Positions 9,813 through 20,406 are shown, counted from the first letter of the stretch. The stretch is 64,000 nucleotides of DNA from Limisphaerales bacterium (GCA_044226545.1 JBGAGW010000001.1:199844-263843), one strand, 5' to 3'. Made by a program: numbers and translations. The notes: generated by a model from the sequence alone, not told the origin.

Positions 9813-9889
9813 AATCTGGAACTCAGGAAATCAGGAGAATCGAGCTCGAAGTAGCGCGTTGAAATTCCTGAGTTCGTGAGTTCCAGATT
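9813..9889. repeat. Imperfect palindrome with 13-bp perfect outer arms; contains a 21-mer that recurs at 39802-39822
   Basis: AATCTGGAACTCA (9813-9825) pairs with TGAGTTCCAGATT (9877-9889). TGGAACTCAGGAAATCAGGAG (9817-9837) is the exact reverse complement of 39802-39822. Confidence 0.8.
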
Positions 9890-9947
9890 ATTGCCAACCC
9901 TCAGTTAAGTTCATTGTAGTTTTTCCTTTCCTATTTACGCTCCTGCC

Positions 9948-10685
9948 ATGCCGCTCGCGATGGATCGCTACTACACCGCCCTGCTCGAACAATTTCAGCA
10001 GATCCACCAAACCCAATGGGACAAAATCGCCCTCGCGGCGGAATGGCTCGGCGGATCGCTGGCGAACGAGGGCTGGCTTTACGCATTTGGCACCGGGCAT
10101 TCGCACGCCCTTGCCGAAGAAATCTTTTACCGCGCCGGCAATCCCGCCCGAGCCACCCCCATGCTCGACAGCCGGCTGATGCTTCACGAGAAAGCGATCG
10201 AAGCCACCTACAACGAACGCGAACAGGGCTACGGTATCAAACTCCTGCAGACCTACCCTGTTAACTCCGGCGACGTCTTGATCGTCGCTTCCAACTCAGG
10301 CCGAAACGCCGTCCCGATCGATGTCGCCCTGGAAGGTCGCCGCGTTGGCATGCGCGTAATCGCCATCACCAACCTCGCTCACAGTCGCGCCTGGCCTTCG
10401 CGTCACACGAGCGGCAAAACTCTCGCCGAAGTCGCCGAACTCACCATCGACAATTGCGGCGTCAACGGAGATGCCTGCCTCGACGTGGAAGGTCTACCCG
10501 GGAAAATCGGACCGACCAGCACCTCCACCGGCGCCCTCATCGTCAATGCGATCATTGTCCAGGGCCTTGAAAATGCCGTTTGCGCCGGAACCGCTCCAGA
10601 AATTTACATCAGCAGCAACAGCAACGGTGACGATCACAATGACATCCTTCTCCAGAAGTACCGCGGTAAAATCCGCCACCTGTGA
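9948..10685 (+). CDS. SIS (sugar isomerase) domain protein, UPF0309-like
   Basis: 'LYAFGTGHSHALAEE...GDVLIVASNSGRNAVPIDVALEGRRVGMRVIAITN'. Confidence 0.8.
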   Translation: MPLAMDRYYTALLEQFQQIHQTQWDKIALAAEWLGGSLANEGWLYAFGTGHSHALAEEIFYRAGNPARATPMLDSRLMLHEKAIEATYNEREQGYGIKLLQTYPVNSGDVLIVASNSGRNAVPIDVALEGRRVGMRVIAITNLAHSRAWPSRHTSGKTLAEVAELTIDNCGVNGDACLDVEGLPGKIGPTSTSTGALIVNAIIVQGLENAVCAGTAPEIYISSNSNGDDHNDILLQKYRGKIRHL

Positions 10686-10740
10686 GTGAACAGCCTGCAA
10701 TCGTGGTTTGAAGTCTCAGTCGTCAGGCAAATGGTAACGG

Positions 10741-11055
10741 TTAACGTGCTTTTCTTTTGCTTTCGGGATCGGGCATGGCGCCCTTGTTTCTGCTCGTAGT
10801 AGCCAGTGGTCGCTCCAGCTTCTCGTTCATCGCCGCTCTACCGCGCTGGCGGCGATAGTTCACATTGCTCAACTCATACGTAGCGAGGCAAAAAAACCAA
10901 CCAGTCGCGATAAGCACTATGATCGCAGTGACGGCGACGAGGGGAAAATTGCTCGTTCGCCGAAGCGGCGCGGAGATCTGCCGTGCTCTCTTCACGATGT
11001 GCTGCTTGAGTGTGGTTATGGCGAGAGTTGGACAGTACAGTTCGAGGCGAGTCAC
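10741..11055 (-). CDS. Hypothetical small membrane protein
   Basis: 104-aa ORF with one hydrophobic segment 'FPLVAVTAIIVLIATGWFFCLA'. No homology recognised. Confidence 0.3.
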   Translation of the reverse strand: MTRLELYCPTLAITTLKQHIVKRARQISAPLRRTSNFPLVAVTAIIVLIATGWFFCLATYELSNVNYRRQRGRAAMNEKLERPLATTSRNKGAMPDPESKRKAR

Positions 11056-11394
11056 GAGTTAATCGCGAGATGATGAAAAACGAAACAGCGCATCCGGCTC
11101 TCGCATAATCTCGCATAATTATTCGGCCACACTTCCCGCTTGCCTAATCGCAAAAAACCTGTGGAAAAGTTTTTCTCGCGAAAAACGAAATTCGGAATAA
11201 ACAAAGGATGGAACACGTCGAACTCTGCTTCAGGAGTCACACTATGCCTGAGAATCGAAAGCTCTTCCGGGAAGCTCACCGCGAGGTGCGTTTGAAAAAT
11301 TTGCAGCCCGGGCCGGATACTTCGCTCGAGGTGCGACCTCTTTCCTTGACTCCGAACGCCACGAAACTTATCAGGATCAAAGATACCAAATCGC

Positions 11395-12696
11395 ATGAAT
11401 CAAAATAGTCAGCCCGCGGACTCGCGCCGCACCTTTATCAAAAAATCTTCGCTCGTCGTCGCCGCCAGCGTCGCCGCGCCCTACATCCTTTCCGAGCGCA
11501 GCTATGCTCAGAGCAGCGACACCCTGAAAGTCGGTTTGATCGGCTGCGGCGGCCGCGGCACGGGCGCCGCCAGCCAGGCGTTAAGCGCGGATAAAAACGT
11601 GGTGCTGACGGCGATGGGCGATACGTTTGAATCGCAATTGGACGGGGCGCACAAAGCCCTCGTCAAAGATCATCAAGACAAAGTTAAAGTGGAGGCAGAC
11701 AAACGATTTGTCGGCCTTGATGCCTTCCAGAAGGTGATCGACAGCGGAGTGGACGTTGTCGTTTTGGCTACGCCGCCCGGTTTTCGTCCACAGCACCTGA
11801 AGGCCGCGATTGATGCTGGAAAGCATGTCTTTTGCGAAAAGCCCTGCGCCACCGATGCACCGGGCGTCCGGTCAGTGCTCGCCTCCGCTGAAGAGGCGAA
11901 AAAGAAGAACCTCGCGCTCGTGGCCGGGTTTTGCTGGCGATATAATGTCGCTGAACAAGCCCTCTTTCAACGTATTCATGACGGCGAAATTGGCGACGTC
12001 CGCGTTTTTTACGGCACATACTACACCAGTCCGGTTAAACCGATGCCTCCGGCCAGCCAGCGTCCGCCCGGAATGAGCGACGTCGAATGGCAGATTCGTA
12101 ATTGGTACAACTTCGTCTGGCTCTGCGGCGACGGGCTGGTGGAGCAAGCGGTGCACGCGGTAGACTGGATGCAATGGGCCTTCAAGGATGTCGCACCGCT
12201 CAAAGCGATTGCTGTCGGTGGGCGCCAAATCCCGGCGCACGGTGGAAATATTTACGATCACTTCGAAGTGAATTACGAGTATCCAGAAGGCGCCCGCGGC
12301 TTCCTGGGCTGCCGCCAGATCACTCATTGCGCGAACGACAACTCCGCCACAATTTACGGCACGAAGGGGACCGCGCGCGAAATGGGATTCGGAACTTCGT
12401 TCATTAAAGGCGAAACGAATTGGCGTTTCCAGGGCGAACGCCCCAACATGTATCAGATCGAACATAACGAACTCTTCGCCTCGATCCGCAAAGGTATGCC
12501 GATCAATAATGGCGTCCGCCTGGCCCATAGCACCATGGTGGCGATCATGGGACGAATGGCGGCTTACACCGGAGAAGAAGTAACCTGGGAACAGGCGCTC
12601 AACTCGGAGGAACGTCTGGTGCCCGAGCGCCTTGAGTGGAACATGGAACTTCCAGTTCCGCCTATCGCCATGCCTGGACAAAACAAACTCGCCTGA
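11395..12696 (+). CDS. Gfo/Idh/MocA-family oxidoreductase with Tat signal
   Basis: 'SRRTFIKKSSLVVAASVAAP' twin-arginine signal and 'VGLIGCGGRGTGAA' Rossmann motif. Confidence 0.85.
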   Translation: MNQNSQPADSRRTFIKKSSLVVAASVAAPYILSERSYAQSSDTLKVGLIGCGGRGTGAASQALSADKNVVLTAMGDTFESQLDGAHKALVKDHQDKVKVEADKRFVGLDAFQKVIDSGVDVVVLATPPGFRPQHLKAAIDAGKHVFCEKPCATDAPGVRSVLASAEEAKKKNLALVAGFCWRYNVAEQALFQRIHDGEIGDVRVFYGTYYTSPVKPMPPASQRPPGMSDVEWQIRNWYNFVWLCGDGLVEQAVHAVDWMQWAFKDVAPLKAIAVGGRQIPAHGGNIYDHFEVNYEYPEGARGFLGCRQITHCANDNSATIYGTKGTAREMGFGTSFIKGETNWRFQGERPNMYQIEHNELFASIRKGMPINNGVRLAHSTMVAIMGRMAAYTGEEVTWEQALNSEERLVPERLEWNMELPVPPIAMPGQNKLA

Positions 12697-12728
12697 CCCA
12701 CAAGAACAAACTTGTAGTAGATTAGGGC

Positions 12729-13310
12729 GTGCAAAATGCCGCCGCCGAACTGGAGTTGGAACTCGCACCGGGCGAGCGCTTGCTCTGGAGCACAAAACCG
12801 CAGCAGGGCATTCGGTTCATCGCAGCCGATGCCTTCCTCCTTCCGTTTGCCCTTGTCTGGCTCGCTTTCTCTCTCGGATTCGAGCTGATGAGCTTTCGCA
12901 TCCCTGTTGCGACCGGCGGCGCCATGAGAATGGTATTCGCGATCTTTGGGCTGCCATTCGTATTCATTGGGCTTTATCTGCTCGCTGGCCGCTTTTTCCT
13001 TGATGCAAAAAGGCGGCGCAACACCGCTTACGGAATCACCAATCAACGCGTCTTGACCGTCACTCGCGGCAGGAATCGGCGCATTCGCAGCCTTGATCTC
13101 GCGCAGATCAAGGATGTGGAAACGATCGAACGGCGCGATGGTTCGGGACGAATTCTTTTACAGTCGGCAGGCGCTCCGAACTACGTAATGGTCGGAAGAA
13201 ACCAACCGTATCCAGTAGCAGCGGGATTTTCACTCGATTTCGTGCCGAACATTCGTGAAGCCGCGGAGCTCTTGCAACAAGCGCGTTCGGCAGCCGCGAA
13301 GCGGCTTTAA
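12729..13310 (+). CDS. Membrane protein with bacterial PH-like domain (hypothetical)
   Basis: GTG start, two TM segments, then 'YGITNQRVLTVTRGRNRRIRSLDLAQIKDVE'. Confidence 0.5.
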   Translation: MQNAAAELELELAPGERLLWSTKPQQGIRFIAADAFLLPFALVWLAFSLGFELMSFRIPVATGGAMRMVFAIFGLPFVFIGLYLLAGRFFLDAKRRRNTAYGITNQRVLTVTRGRNRRIRSLDLAQIKDVETIERRDGSGRILLQSAGAPNYVMVGRNQPYPVAAGFSLDFVPNIREAAELLQQARSAAAKRL

Positions 13311-14158
13311 GCCGGTTGGGCAAGAGGCACCCGATTCCAAAAGGGGGTTGGCTTGGCGACATTGAACGTCGCTCGCTTGTCGGGGCTCTCGCGCGTATAA
13401 ATCGAGTAACTCAGCGGTTTCTGAAAATAGCCGCCCTGGAGAAAACGGCTGACCTGATAAGCCTTTTCGACCAGCGGCTTCCCTTTCCGTGCCCAGACCG
13501 GTGCGAGGTCCGCCACGATCTTTCGTTCGCGCATGGCGTTTGGCTTCAGGTTCATATTGTCGCCCGTTTCCGCGAAGATCGAGGTGTAGTGACGCATGTG
13601 CTTCATCGGGATGCGTTGCTGAATCGCGCGCACCACCCAATCCACATCACCCAAATCGCGATAGGCATCACTGAAGAAGAGCTTGTGTCTGTCGATAACC
13701 GATCGCCGAAAAAACATACTGCAGGTCAGAGTGCAGAGAACTGAAACTTGAGCATGCGCTGCCCAGGGAATCTGAGTCTTACGAAAGCAGTTAAAACTGC
13801 CGTCAGGATTCGTGATGATCGCATCGGCGAAAACAATCTCCACACGCGGATGCCGCTGGAAGAAATCCCAAACCGCACTTAAACCACCGGGCAGATACTG
13901 TTCGTCGCAATTGATGTAGGCGAGAATCTCCCCTTTGGCTTTGCGCAACCCGCGATTAACCGCGTCATACATTCCGCGGTCTTTTTCGATGAAGGATTTA
14001 ACGCGAGTGTCGTGCGGAAGCCAGTCGAGTGTGCCATCGTCAGAAACAGAATCCTGAACGATGTGCTCAAGTTCTACTCCCTGGTCCGCGACCGACGGAA
14101 TGCAAAGCTTGAGCCACTGCGAAGCCCGAAAACTGGGCGTTATGATTGAGAACTGCAC
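13307..14158 (-). CDS. Family 2 glycosyltransferase
   Basis: 'FSIITPSFRASQWLKLCIPSVADQ...QDSVSDDGT...YINCDEQY'. Confidence 0.8.
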   Translation of the reverse strand: MQFSIITPSFRASQWLKLCIPSVADQGVELEHIVQDSVSDDGTLDWLPHDTRVKSFIEKDRGMYDAVNRGLRKAKGEILAYINCDEQYLPGGLSAVWDFFQRHPRVEIVFADAIITNPDGSFNCFRKTQIPWAAHAQVSVLCTLTCSMFFRRSVIDRHKLFFSDAYRDLGDVDWVVRAIQQRIPMKHMRHYTSIFAETGDNMNLKPNAMRERKIVADLAPVWARKGKPLVEKAYQVSRFLQGGYFQKPLSYSIYTRESPDKRATFNVAKPTPFWNRVPLAQPA

Positions 14159-14209
14159 GTCCCCGAACTGTTACGAAAAACCGCGCGAGGATTCCAGTGA
14201 AAAGAGGCG

Positions 14210-15106
14210 TCAATGCGTCATTGCGTAGAAGACAATATTAATGCCGAGCGGGTAGGCGCGTTTTTCGGAAAATTCCCGGAAGAAGTAAGCGTATTCCTGC
14301 TCACGTTCCCAGCCATCGCCGTTGTCAGTGTTGTGGCAGGCGATCACCATGATGTGGCCTTTGTCGTCCAGAATTGCGCGGATATGAACCTCGCGGCAGG
14401 CTTCGCCGTCGTGCATTTCCCATGTGATCCCGGTGTCCTGGCTGCGCTCACCGGTCCAAAAATTTGGGACCTGCAGATCGTTCTTCTCTTTAGAGTGGAG
14501 GTCAAAAACGGTCCCAAAAACGGGATGGTCCATATCCAGTTCGACGAATTCCTTGTCCGGCAGAACACGTTTGATTTGGGCTTCGAAGTTTTCCCATTGA
14601 TGGGCGCCCCAGAAATCGTCTGCCATAAGAAAGCCGCCGTTCAGCAGATATTTCCGGAGGGCGGCGACTTCATCCTCTTCGAAAAGAAGCGCGCCCGGTT
14701 CAACCATGTAAATCCACGGATAGTTAAATAGATCGGGATCGGTAAGATCGATCACGCGACCATCCGGATCGACTTTGAGGGTGGTAAGTTGCTGGAGGCG
14801 ATAGGAAAGATCCAGATCACTGTCGGGAAAGTCAGTGAAACAGTAGCCCGAACGATCCCAGATGGAACGGTTCCGTTTGTAACGAACGCGGGCGAAGGTG
14901 AAGACATCCTTTTTGAAGGCTGTCGAATTCGTCCAGATGGGCATGTCGGCGCTGTGGGTCGGAGCTTCGCGCGCGGTTCGAAGCGGAGCGTCTTCGGGAA
15001 TGTTGCTCTCCCCTCCCCAACCGCCAGCGCCACGGTAGCGTTGGGCGAGAAGAACGACGCCGCCGCTCAGGAACAGGAGCAGAACAATGGCCGCGGTGCG
15101 TCGCAT
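14210..15106 (-). CDS. DUF4159 domain protein
   Basis: Signal peptide, then 'FNYPWIYMVEPGALLFEEDEVAALRKYLLNGGFLMADDFWG'. Confidence 0.75.
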   Translation of the reverse strand: MRRTAAIVLLLFLSGGVVLLAQRYRGAGGWGGESNIPEDAPLRTAREAPTHSADMPIWTNSTAFKKDVFTFARVRYKRNRSIWDRSGYCFTDFPDSDLDLSYRLQQLTTLKVDPDGRVIDLTDPDLFNYPWIYMVEPGALLFEEDEVAALRKYLLNGGFLMADDFWGAHQWENFEAQIKRVLPDKEFVELDMDHPVFGTVFDLHSKEKNDLQVPNFWTGERSQDTGITWEMHDGEACREVHIRAILDDKGHIMVIACHNTDNGDGWEREQEYAYFFREFSEKRAYPLGINIVFYAMTH

Positions 15107-15148
15107 GACGAGCAAGGTGAACTTGCCACGTTCCCGTTGCCGAAACAA

Positions 15149-15769
15149 TTACCCTTCGCGCGAAAAGTTCATCGCCGCGAGTTGACGATCGTGGAATCGT
15201 CCGAGGAAAGTGAACGCAGCAATAGCGCCGATGAGCGCCATGAACATGTCCTCTTGCGTATCCCACGGATCGCCCTGTGTGCCGAGAAAGGCGTCCGCGC
15301 CCGAGCCGAGCAGAAGGGCGCTCCACCATTCGACAAATTCGTAACAGGCGCTGATGGCAAGGCAGACGCTTGCGGTGAGGAATGCAAGCCACTTGCCCGG
15401 TTTAAGCGGGGAGCAGCGGATGAGTATCTCGCGCACGATGATGGCCGGAACAAACCCCTGTGCCAGATGACCGATGCGATCGTAATGATTTCGTGTGAAG
15501 CCAAAGACGTCTTGCATCCAAAAACCGAGAGGCACTTTGGCGTAAGTGTAGTGACCGCCCAGCATCAGGATCAGCGCGTGAATGAAAATGAGCCGATAGG
15601 CCAGCGGTGTGAGCGGGAATCGCCGAGCTGTAGCGAGGAGAACAGGAACAGCGAGGAGGATCGGAAAAACCTCGAGCCACCAGGTGCCGCGCTCGAGCGG
15701 AGCCCAACCGGAAATCAGAAGTGCGATGCCACCGACGACCAGCAGGATGAGCGGCTCGCGATACGACAT
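15149..15769 (-). CDS. DUF2238 (YjdF-like) membrane protein
   Basis: 'LGGHYTYAKVPLGFWMQDVFGFTRNHYDRIGHLAQGF'. Confidence 0.75.
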   Translation of the reverse strand: MSYREPLILLVVGGIALLISGWAPLERGTWWLEVFPILLAVPVLLATARRFPLTPLAYRLIFIHALILMLGGHYTYAKVPLGFWMQDVFGFTRNHYDRIGHLAQGFVPAIIVREILIRCSPLKPGKWLAFLTASVCLAISACYEFVEWWSALLLGSGADAFLGTQGDPWDTQEDMFMALIGAIAAFTFLGRFHDRQLAAMNFSREG

Positions 15770-15772
15770 GGG

Positions 15773-18181
15773 CTAGTGAAAGTCAGCGAAGAGCTTGCTG
15801 TTTTCGGTTTGCCAAACCCGGAGAACACCATCGTGCCCGCCCGTGAGAACAAGTCGACGATCTGGCGTGGCGACGGCGGCCTGGAGATAGCCGGAGCTTC
15901 CTTCGAAGTTACGAATGGTTTCGCCGTTTTCCTTGATAAGACGGAGGGTGCCGTCACCGCAGCTTGCGAGCAGTTGGTCGGTTTCGCCAAGATAGGTGAT
16001 GGCAGTCACTTCTTTGCTCAGAGGATCGGGACCTTTCTTTTTGTCCGCGGAGAAGGCGTCCCAGATTTTGATCAGGTTGTCGGCGCCAGCGGTCACGATG
16101 GTGTGACCATCGGACTTCCAGGTCAGTGCGAGCACGTGGTGCGTGTGACCTTCGAGAACGCGAAGGGTTTTGCCCGTGGCGAGCTCCGTGATTTTGGCGA
16201 AGCGGTCGGCTGCGCCGGAGGCGAGGTAACGGCCATCAGGCGAAAAGGCTAACGTGAAGACCGTGTCGCTATGAAGCGATTTGAAATCCTGGACAAGCTG
16301 GCCGTCGCGAACGCGCCAGATTTTCACCTCGCCGGAACGGCTCGGTTCACCGCCGCCCGTGGCCAGGAACTGACCATCAGGCGAAAAGCATACCGCGTTC
16401 ACGCGATCCGAGAATGTGGTAACCGTCCGCTCGAGTTTCCACGTCGGCGAGAGAGACCAGGCCTCAGCCTGACCGGCTCCAGAACAGATTAGCATATCCT
16501 TTTCGAAGGCAAGGCCGGTGACGGCGTACGGGAGGGTAAACGTTTCGAGCGGCTCGCCGGTCGATGTGCTCCAGAGAGTGAGCGTCTTTTTCTCCGAGGC
16601 GGCGCCAAGAACTTTGCCGTCGGGCGAGAACGCGAGAGCGCGAATGCTGCTGATGGAATTTGTAACGGCGTTTTGCGCAGACTCGATCTGAATATCGAGC
16701 GCCTTTCGGTCTGATTCGGCGAGTTGCAAATTATTTTGGGCAACGGCGAGGTCGTCGAACGAAGTCTGCGCGGCAGTAATGGCGAAATGGAGTTCGTTAT
16801 CAGCAGCGGAATTAGTGAGTTGAGAACGCTTCAGTGCGGCTTCAGCATCCGCGACGCGTTTATGAATCGCTTTGATTTTCTCCTGGGCGGCTTTTTCGTT
16901 TTTCTCGGTTTCGAGTTTGAGAAGAGCAAGATTGTTCGTCGCGGCGCCGGCGGCGGCAGCCTGGGCAACGAGTTCGTCGAGCTTTGAATCGAGAGTTTCG
17001 TGAGGAACATCTTTGATGGCAGTTTTTGCCTTTTGTGCGGCGGCCTGAAGTTCTTCGGCTTTCGATTGGGATTCTTTCAATTTGGACTGAATGGCAGCGA
17101 GTTCCTTCTGAGCGGCAGTTTCGTCGGACTTCGCTGTATTCACCTGGGTTTGTTGTTCGCCGAGGGATTTTTGAGCAAGGCCGGCGGCCTCACTCGCTTT
17201 GCGGACGCGATCAACCTGGGCCTCGCGTTCCTTCTCGGATTTCTCAACGATGCTCTTCCGATAGGCGAGATAATTGGTAGAACGGGCGGAGGCGCGTTGA
17301 AGTTGAGAAAGGCGAAAGATGCTCGAATAATCGCCTTTGAATTCGCGAACCAGTTTTTGGTTTTCGAGATTCCAGAGACGGATGGTGCCGCCTTCGTCGG
17401 CCGTTGCGAACAATCTGGCTTCGGTGGAAGTGGCCATCGGAAGGGTGGAAGAATTACTCGCGTTTGATTGCGGAACTCCGCGGCTGCGGTCGTGATGGCG
17501 GCGCCAGAGCTTCACTTCCCGGTAACTACCGGAAGCGAGCCATTCGCCGTCCGGACTGAAATCGAGCGATTCGACGAGATCCAGATGAGCGGCACCGGCC
17601 GGAGAGGCGCTGGAATGGAGCAAAGCCGGGTCGACGAGTGGACCGACCGTTCGACTGGTGGGCAGTTGATACAGAACGATGTCGTTACCGCGGCCCGCGG
17701 CGGCGAATTGGCCGTCGTCGGTTACCGCGAGGGACAGGATCGGCCTAACTTTGTCCGAAAGTGCGCGCCACGCAATACTTTGCGCGCTATGAACTTCGCC
17801 AGAAGCGCCCTGTTCGATCCAGAGCTTTAATAAGGCGAGTTGGTCGGGTGTGAGGTCGGGCGCGTTCACCTTGTTATCGGCCGGCGGCATGAACGGCTTT
17901 TTCGAGTGAGTCGCGACGTCGAGAATCAGGCTATCTTGCGGTTTACCCGGAATAGCGGCGGGGCCGGACTCACCGCCTTTAAGAATGGTTTGAGGCGTTT
18001 CGAGAATTAGCTCGGCTTTAGCCTTGGTCTGGTTGTGACAAGCGAGACAGCTTTGCTTCAGGAATGGGAGAATTTCGGTCTCGAAATTAACCGAAGCGGT
18101 CCGCTTGAGAGGCGCGACAGAAATCTCAGCGCCACTCAGCGAGGTGACGAGCAAGAACAGTATTGGAAGAACAGAGCGCAT
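15773..18181 (-). CDS. Planctomycete-type cytochrome c domain (PSCyt1-like) + long coiled coil + WD40 repeat protein
   Basis: 'FLKQSCLACHNQTKAKAELIL', WD40-like repeats ('FSPDGQFLATGGG', 'FSPDGRYLASGAAD') and a central Q/A/K-rich coiled coil. Confidence 0.8.
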   Translation of the reverse strand: MRSVLPILFLLVTSLSGAEISVAPLKRTASVNFETEILPFLKQSCLACHNQTKAKAELILETPQTILKGGESGPAAIPGKPQDSLILDVATHSKKPFMPPADNKVNAPDLTPDQLALLKLWIEQGASGEVHSAQSIAWRALSDKVRPILSLAVTDDGQFAAAGRGNDIVLYQLPTSRTVGPLVDPALLHSSASPAGAAHLDLVESLDFSPDGEWLASGSYREVKLWRRHHDRSRGVPQSNASNSSTLPMATSTEARLFATADEGGTIRLWNLENQKLVREFKGDYSSIFRLSQLQRASARSTNYLAYRKSIVEKSEKEREAQVDRVRKASEAAGLAQKSLGEQQTQVNTAKSDETAAQKELAAIQSKLKESQSKAEELQAAAQKAKTAIKDVPHETLDSKLDELVAQAAAAGAATNNLALLKLETEKNEKAAQEKIKAIHKRVADAEAALKRSQLTNSAADNELHFAITAAQTSFDDLAVAQNNLQLAESDRKALDIQIESAQNAVTNSISSIRALAFSPDGKVLGAASEKKTLTLWSTSTGEPLETFTLPYAVTGLAFEKDMLICSGAGQAEAWSLSPTWKLERTVTTFSDRVNAVCFSPDGQFLATGGGEPSRSGEVKIWRVRDGQLVQDFKSLHSDTVFTLAFSPDGRYLASGAADRFAKITELATGKTLRVLEGHTHHVLALTWKSDGHTIVTAGADNLIKIWDAFSADKKKGPDPLSKEVTAITYLGETDQLLASCGDGTLRLIKENGETIRNFEGSSGYLQAAVATPDRRLVLTGGHDGVLRVWQTENSKLFADFH

Positions 18182-20232
18182 TATTTTGCCGCGGTCGGAG
18201 CCGGGTTCACAAAAACTTTCACAATGGGTGACGAGAAAATTGCGCTGACGTCTCGCAGTTGAAGCCGGGCATCGATCTCTTTTTTCTTCGCTTCGTCTTT
18301 TTTGGATTCGGCTTCTTTTGCCTGGGCTTCGAGCGCCACCACTTCGTCAGGGCGAACGCGGCGGATTTTACCGGAGGTTTGAGCGAGAAAGAAAAGCTGA
18401 TGCGCGCCGTTGGCGAGTTTTGCGCCTTTCACATCGAGATCGAACGTTGAATCTGACACGGTACCCTCGATCTGCCACTCCTTGAGGGGATCATTTTGAT
18501 TGTCGAGATAGGCACGCAGTTTGATGGGCTGCTTAAAATCCGCGGCACGCGTGAAATGGAGTGGAATAGAGAGGGTGGCGGCCCGGGCGGCTTGCCAACT
18601 GGTTTGCTTCGGTTCAACCGAGAGAGACGCGAGTTCAGTGCTGGTTGCGAGCATCAGTTGCTGCGTCAGACGAGACCGGACTGACTCGTTGTTGTAATCG
18701 GGCACGTCCCACAAAACGGTGGTTCCTTGCGCGGTATGCTCAAGGTCGCGAGTGCCCGCCTTCGCTTTGCCGACAATCTGGATGGAAGCGGCGGCTTCTA
18801 TGGCTTTGTCGTTCGCACTGAGAGAAATCCAAGCTGCATTCTGGCCCTCCGGGATGACGGTTTCGCTCGCTTGCACGCCGGGCGGGAGGCCCTCAACGCG
18901 CAGCGAAATATCGCCCGAGAAGTTGTCGCGACGGACGGCCAATACTTTGATCAGGATTGAATCGTTGCGTCGAAGAAAGGAAGACCAGATTTGAGCCTCG
19001 CGCTTTTCTTTGTCGAAATTCTGCGGTGGCGCGACGAGGGCGACGAGATCGAAATCCGGAGTCTCGCGGCGAACGGACAGGCGATAGCTGCGCCGAGCAT
19101 CGGCGCGGACGTTAAAGAGATCGCGCAACTGGACTCGGTACGTGCCGTCCTCCTTGATGTCGAGGCGACCGCTGGGATCGCGACTGGCCGTGTTGAAAGT
19201 TTGACCTCCGAGATTGGAATCAGAGCTGTACAATTCCTGAACGTCACTTTCTTTTTCTCCGATTTTTTGCACGAGGATAAATGGATCGGTTGGTTGGCCT
19301 ACGCGATCGGAAATGGCTTCCAACCAGAAGACATCGCCCTTCTTCGCCTCAAACTGGAAACGATCAATGTCCTGTTCGGGAAAAAACTGGCCCCGGATCT
19401 CGCATGGCGGGGAAATCTTCTGCGCAATACGATCATTAGACTCCTGCTCCGACACAATCGAAGAGGGATCGACCTCGTGTGCCGGAAGCCGAGCCAAACG
19501 CGGAGGAAGATCAAGATTGGTTCTCTTCGTTACGGTGAGCCGATATGGAAACTGTTTTCCACCCCGAAACTGAAGGTCGTGGACCTTAAGAGTGTAGCTG
19601 CCCGCACCGGAAGGAGTGAGCGCAAGGCGGCCTTCATGACGATCGCGCTGAATTTCACGGCCTTCAGAGTCGTAAAGGATCAGGACCGGCTTCATCTTTG
19701 AATCGAAGGGTTCCGCCTGGCAGGCGATCAGTAAAGGTTCACTTGCTTCGAACTTGTAGAAATCGGCTGCAGAAGCGGTGGCGAATGCGTTCGCCGTGCT
19801 TTCCGGAGGAACAGACATCGCGCTTTCGACGGTGTGATTATTCGGCGCAACGAAGTTGGTCCGATCATCAACGGTGAAGAAGCGTGGGTTGGAAATACCA
19901 AAGCGACCTATGACGCGGGCCTCGTACGTGCCTGGCGGGACATTGGAGGAAATTGTGACCGAAAAAACCGCGGAATTTGTGGGATTGCCCTCGGCAGTGA
20001 TGCCGGTGTGGCTAAATTGAAGATGTCGAGCGTCGTCGAGGTCAGCACCTTCGACCGTAACCTGAAGAGTTGTGCCCGATTGGCCGCCGATTGGAAAAAT
20101 CGATTGAAGACGCGCAATCGGCAATTCGGATCGGGAAGAGGTCCCGACACTCGCCAAGATGAAACAAAGGGCGAGGAATTTTTTTGTTTTGGAGGTACAC
20201 CTATCTCTACTGAGATGGTCGGGATTGTTCAT
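18181..20232 (-). CDS. Large secreted protein of unknown function (beta-sandwich/PPC-like repeats)
   Basis: Signal 'KKFLALCFILASVGTS', 'DRFQFEAKKGDVFWLEA'. Its stop overlaps the next gene's start (TAATG at 18179-18183). Start taken at ATG 20232. Confidence 0.6.
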   Translation of the reverse strand: MNNPDHLSRDRCTSKTKKFLALCFILASVGTSSRSELPIARLQSIFPIGGQSGTTLQVTVEGADLDDARHLQFSHTGITAEGNPTNSAVFSVTISSNVPPGTYEARVIGRFGISNPRFFTVDDRTNFVAPNNHTVESAMSVPPESTANAFATASAADFYKFEASEPLLIACQAEPFDSKMKPVLILYDSEGREIQRDRHEGRLALTPSGAGSYTLKVHDLQFRGGKQFPYRLTVTKRTNLDLPPRLARLPAHEVDPSSIVSEQESNDRIAQKISPPCEIRGQFFPEQDIDRFQFEAKKGDVFWLEAISDRVGQPTDPFILVQKIGEKESDVQELYSSDSNLGGQTFNTASRDPSGRLDIKEDGTYRVQLRDLFNVRADARRSYRLSVRRETPDFDLVALVAPPQNFDKEKREAQIWSSFLRRNDSILIKVLAVRRDNFSGDISLRVEGLPPGVQASETVIPEGQNAAWISLSANDKAIEAAASIQIVGKAKAGTRDLEHTAQGTTVLWDVPDYNNESVRSRLTQQLMLATSTELASLSVEPKQTSWQAARAATLSIPLHFTRAADFKQPIKLRAYLDNQNDPLKEWQIEGTVSDSTFDLDVKGAKLANGAHQLFFLAQTSGKIRRVRPDEVVALEAQAKEAESKKDEAKKKEIDARLQLRDVSAIFSSPIVKVFVNPAPTAAK

Positions 20233-20406
20233 TTTGAAGCAGTTACAAAACGGAGAAGTTCTTTCTGTCCCATTTGTCCCATCATTGCAGAATGAAGATG
20301 CACCAGTCGTTGCAGCCTCCGTCTGGAATGACATTTGGCTGTGGGATGTCATCGGACATAAGGTAATGTTTGCGATTCAGTTGGGTCAAGGAGAACAAGC
20401 GGCGCT

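Noticed and set aside
14789-16252. A 487-aa plus-strand ORF spans the DUF4159, DUF2238 and WD40 genes.
   Set aside because: It lies antisense to three well-supported genes, has no recognisable motifs, and shows Glu/Arg/Gly-rich shadow composition.
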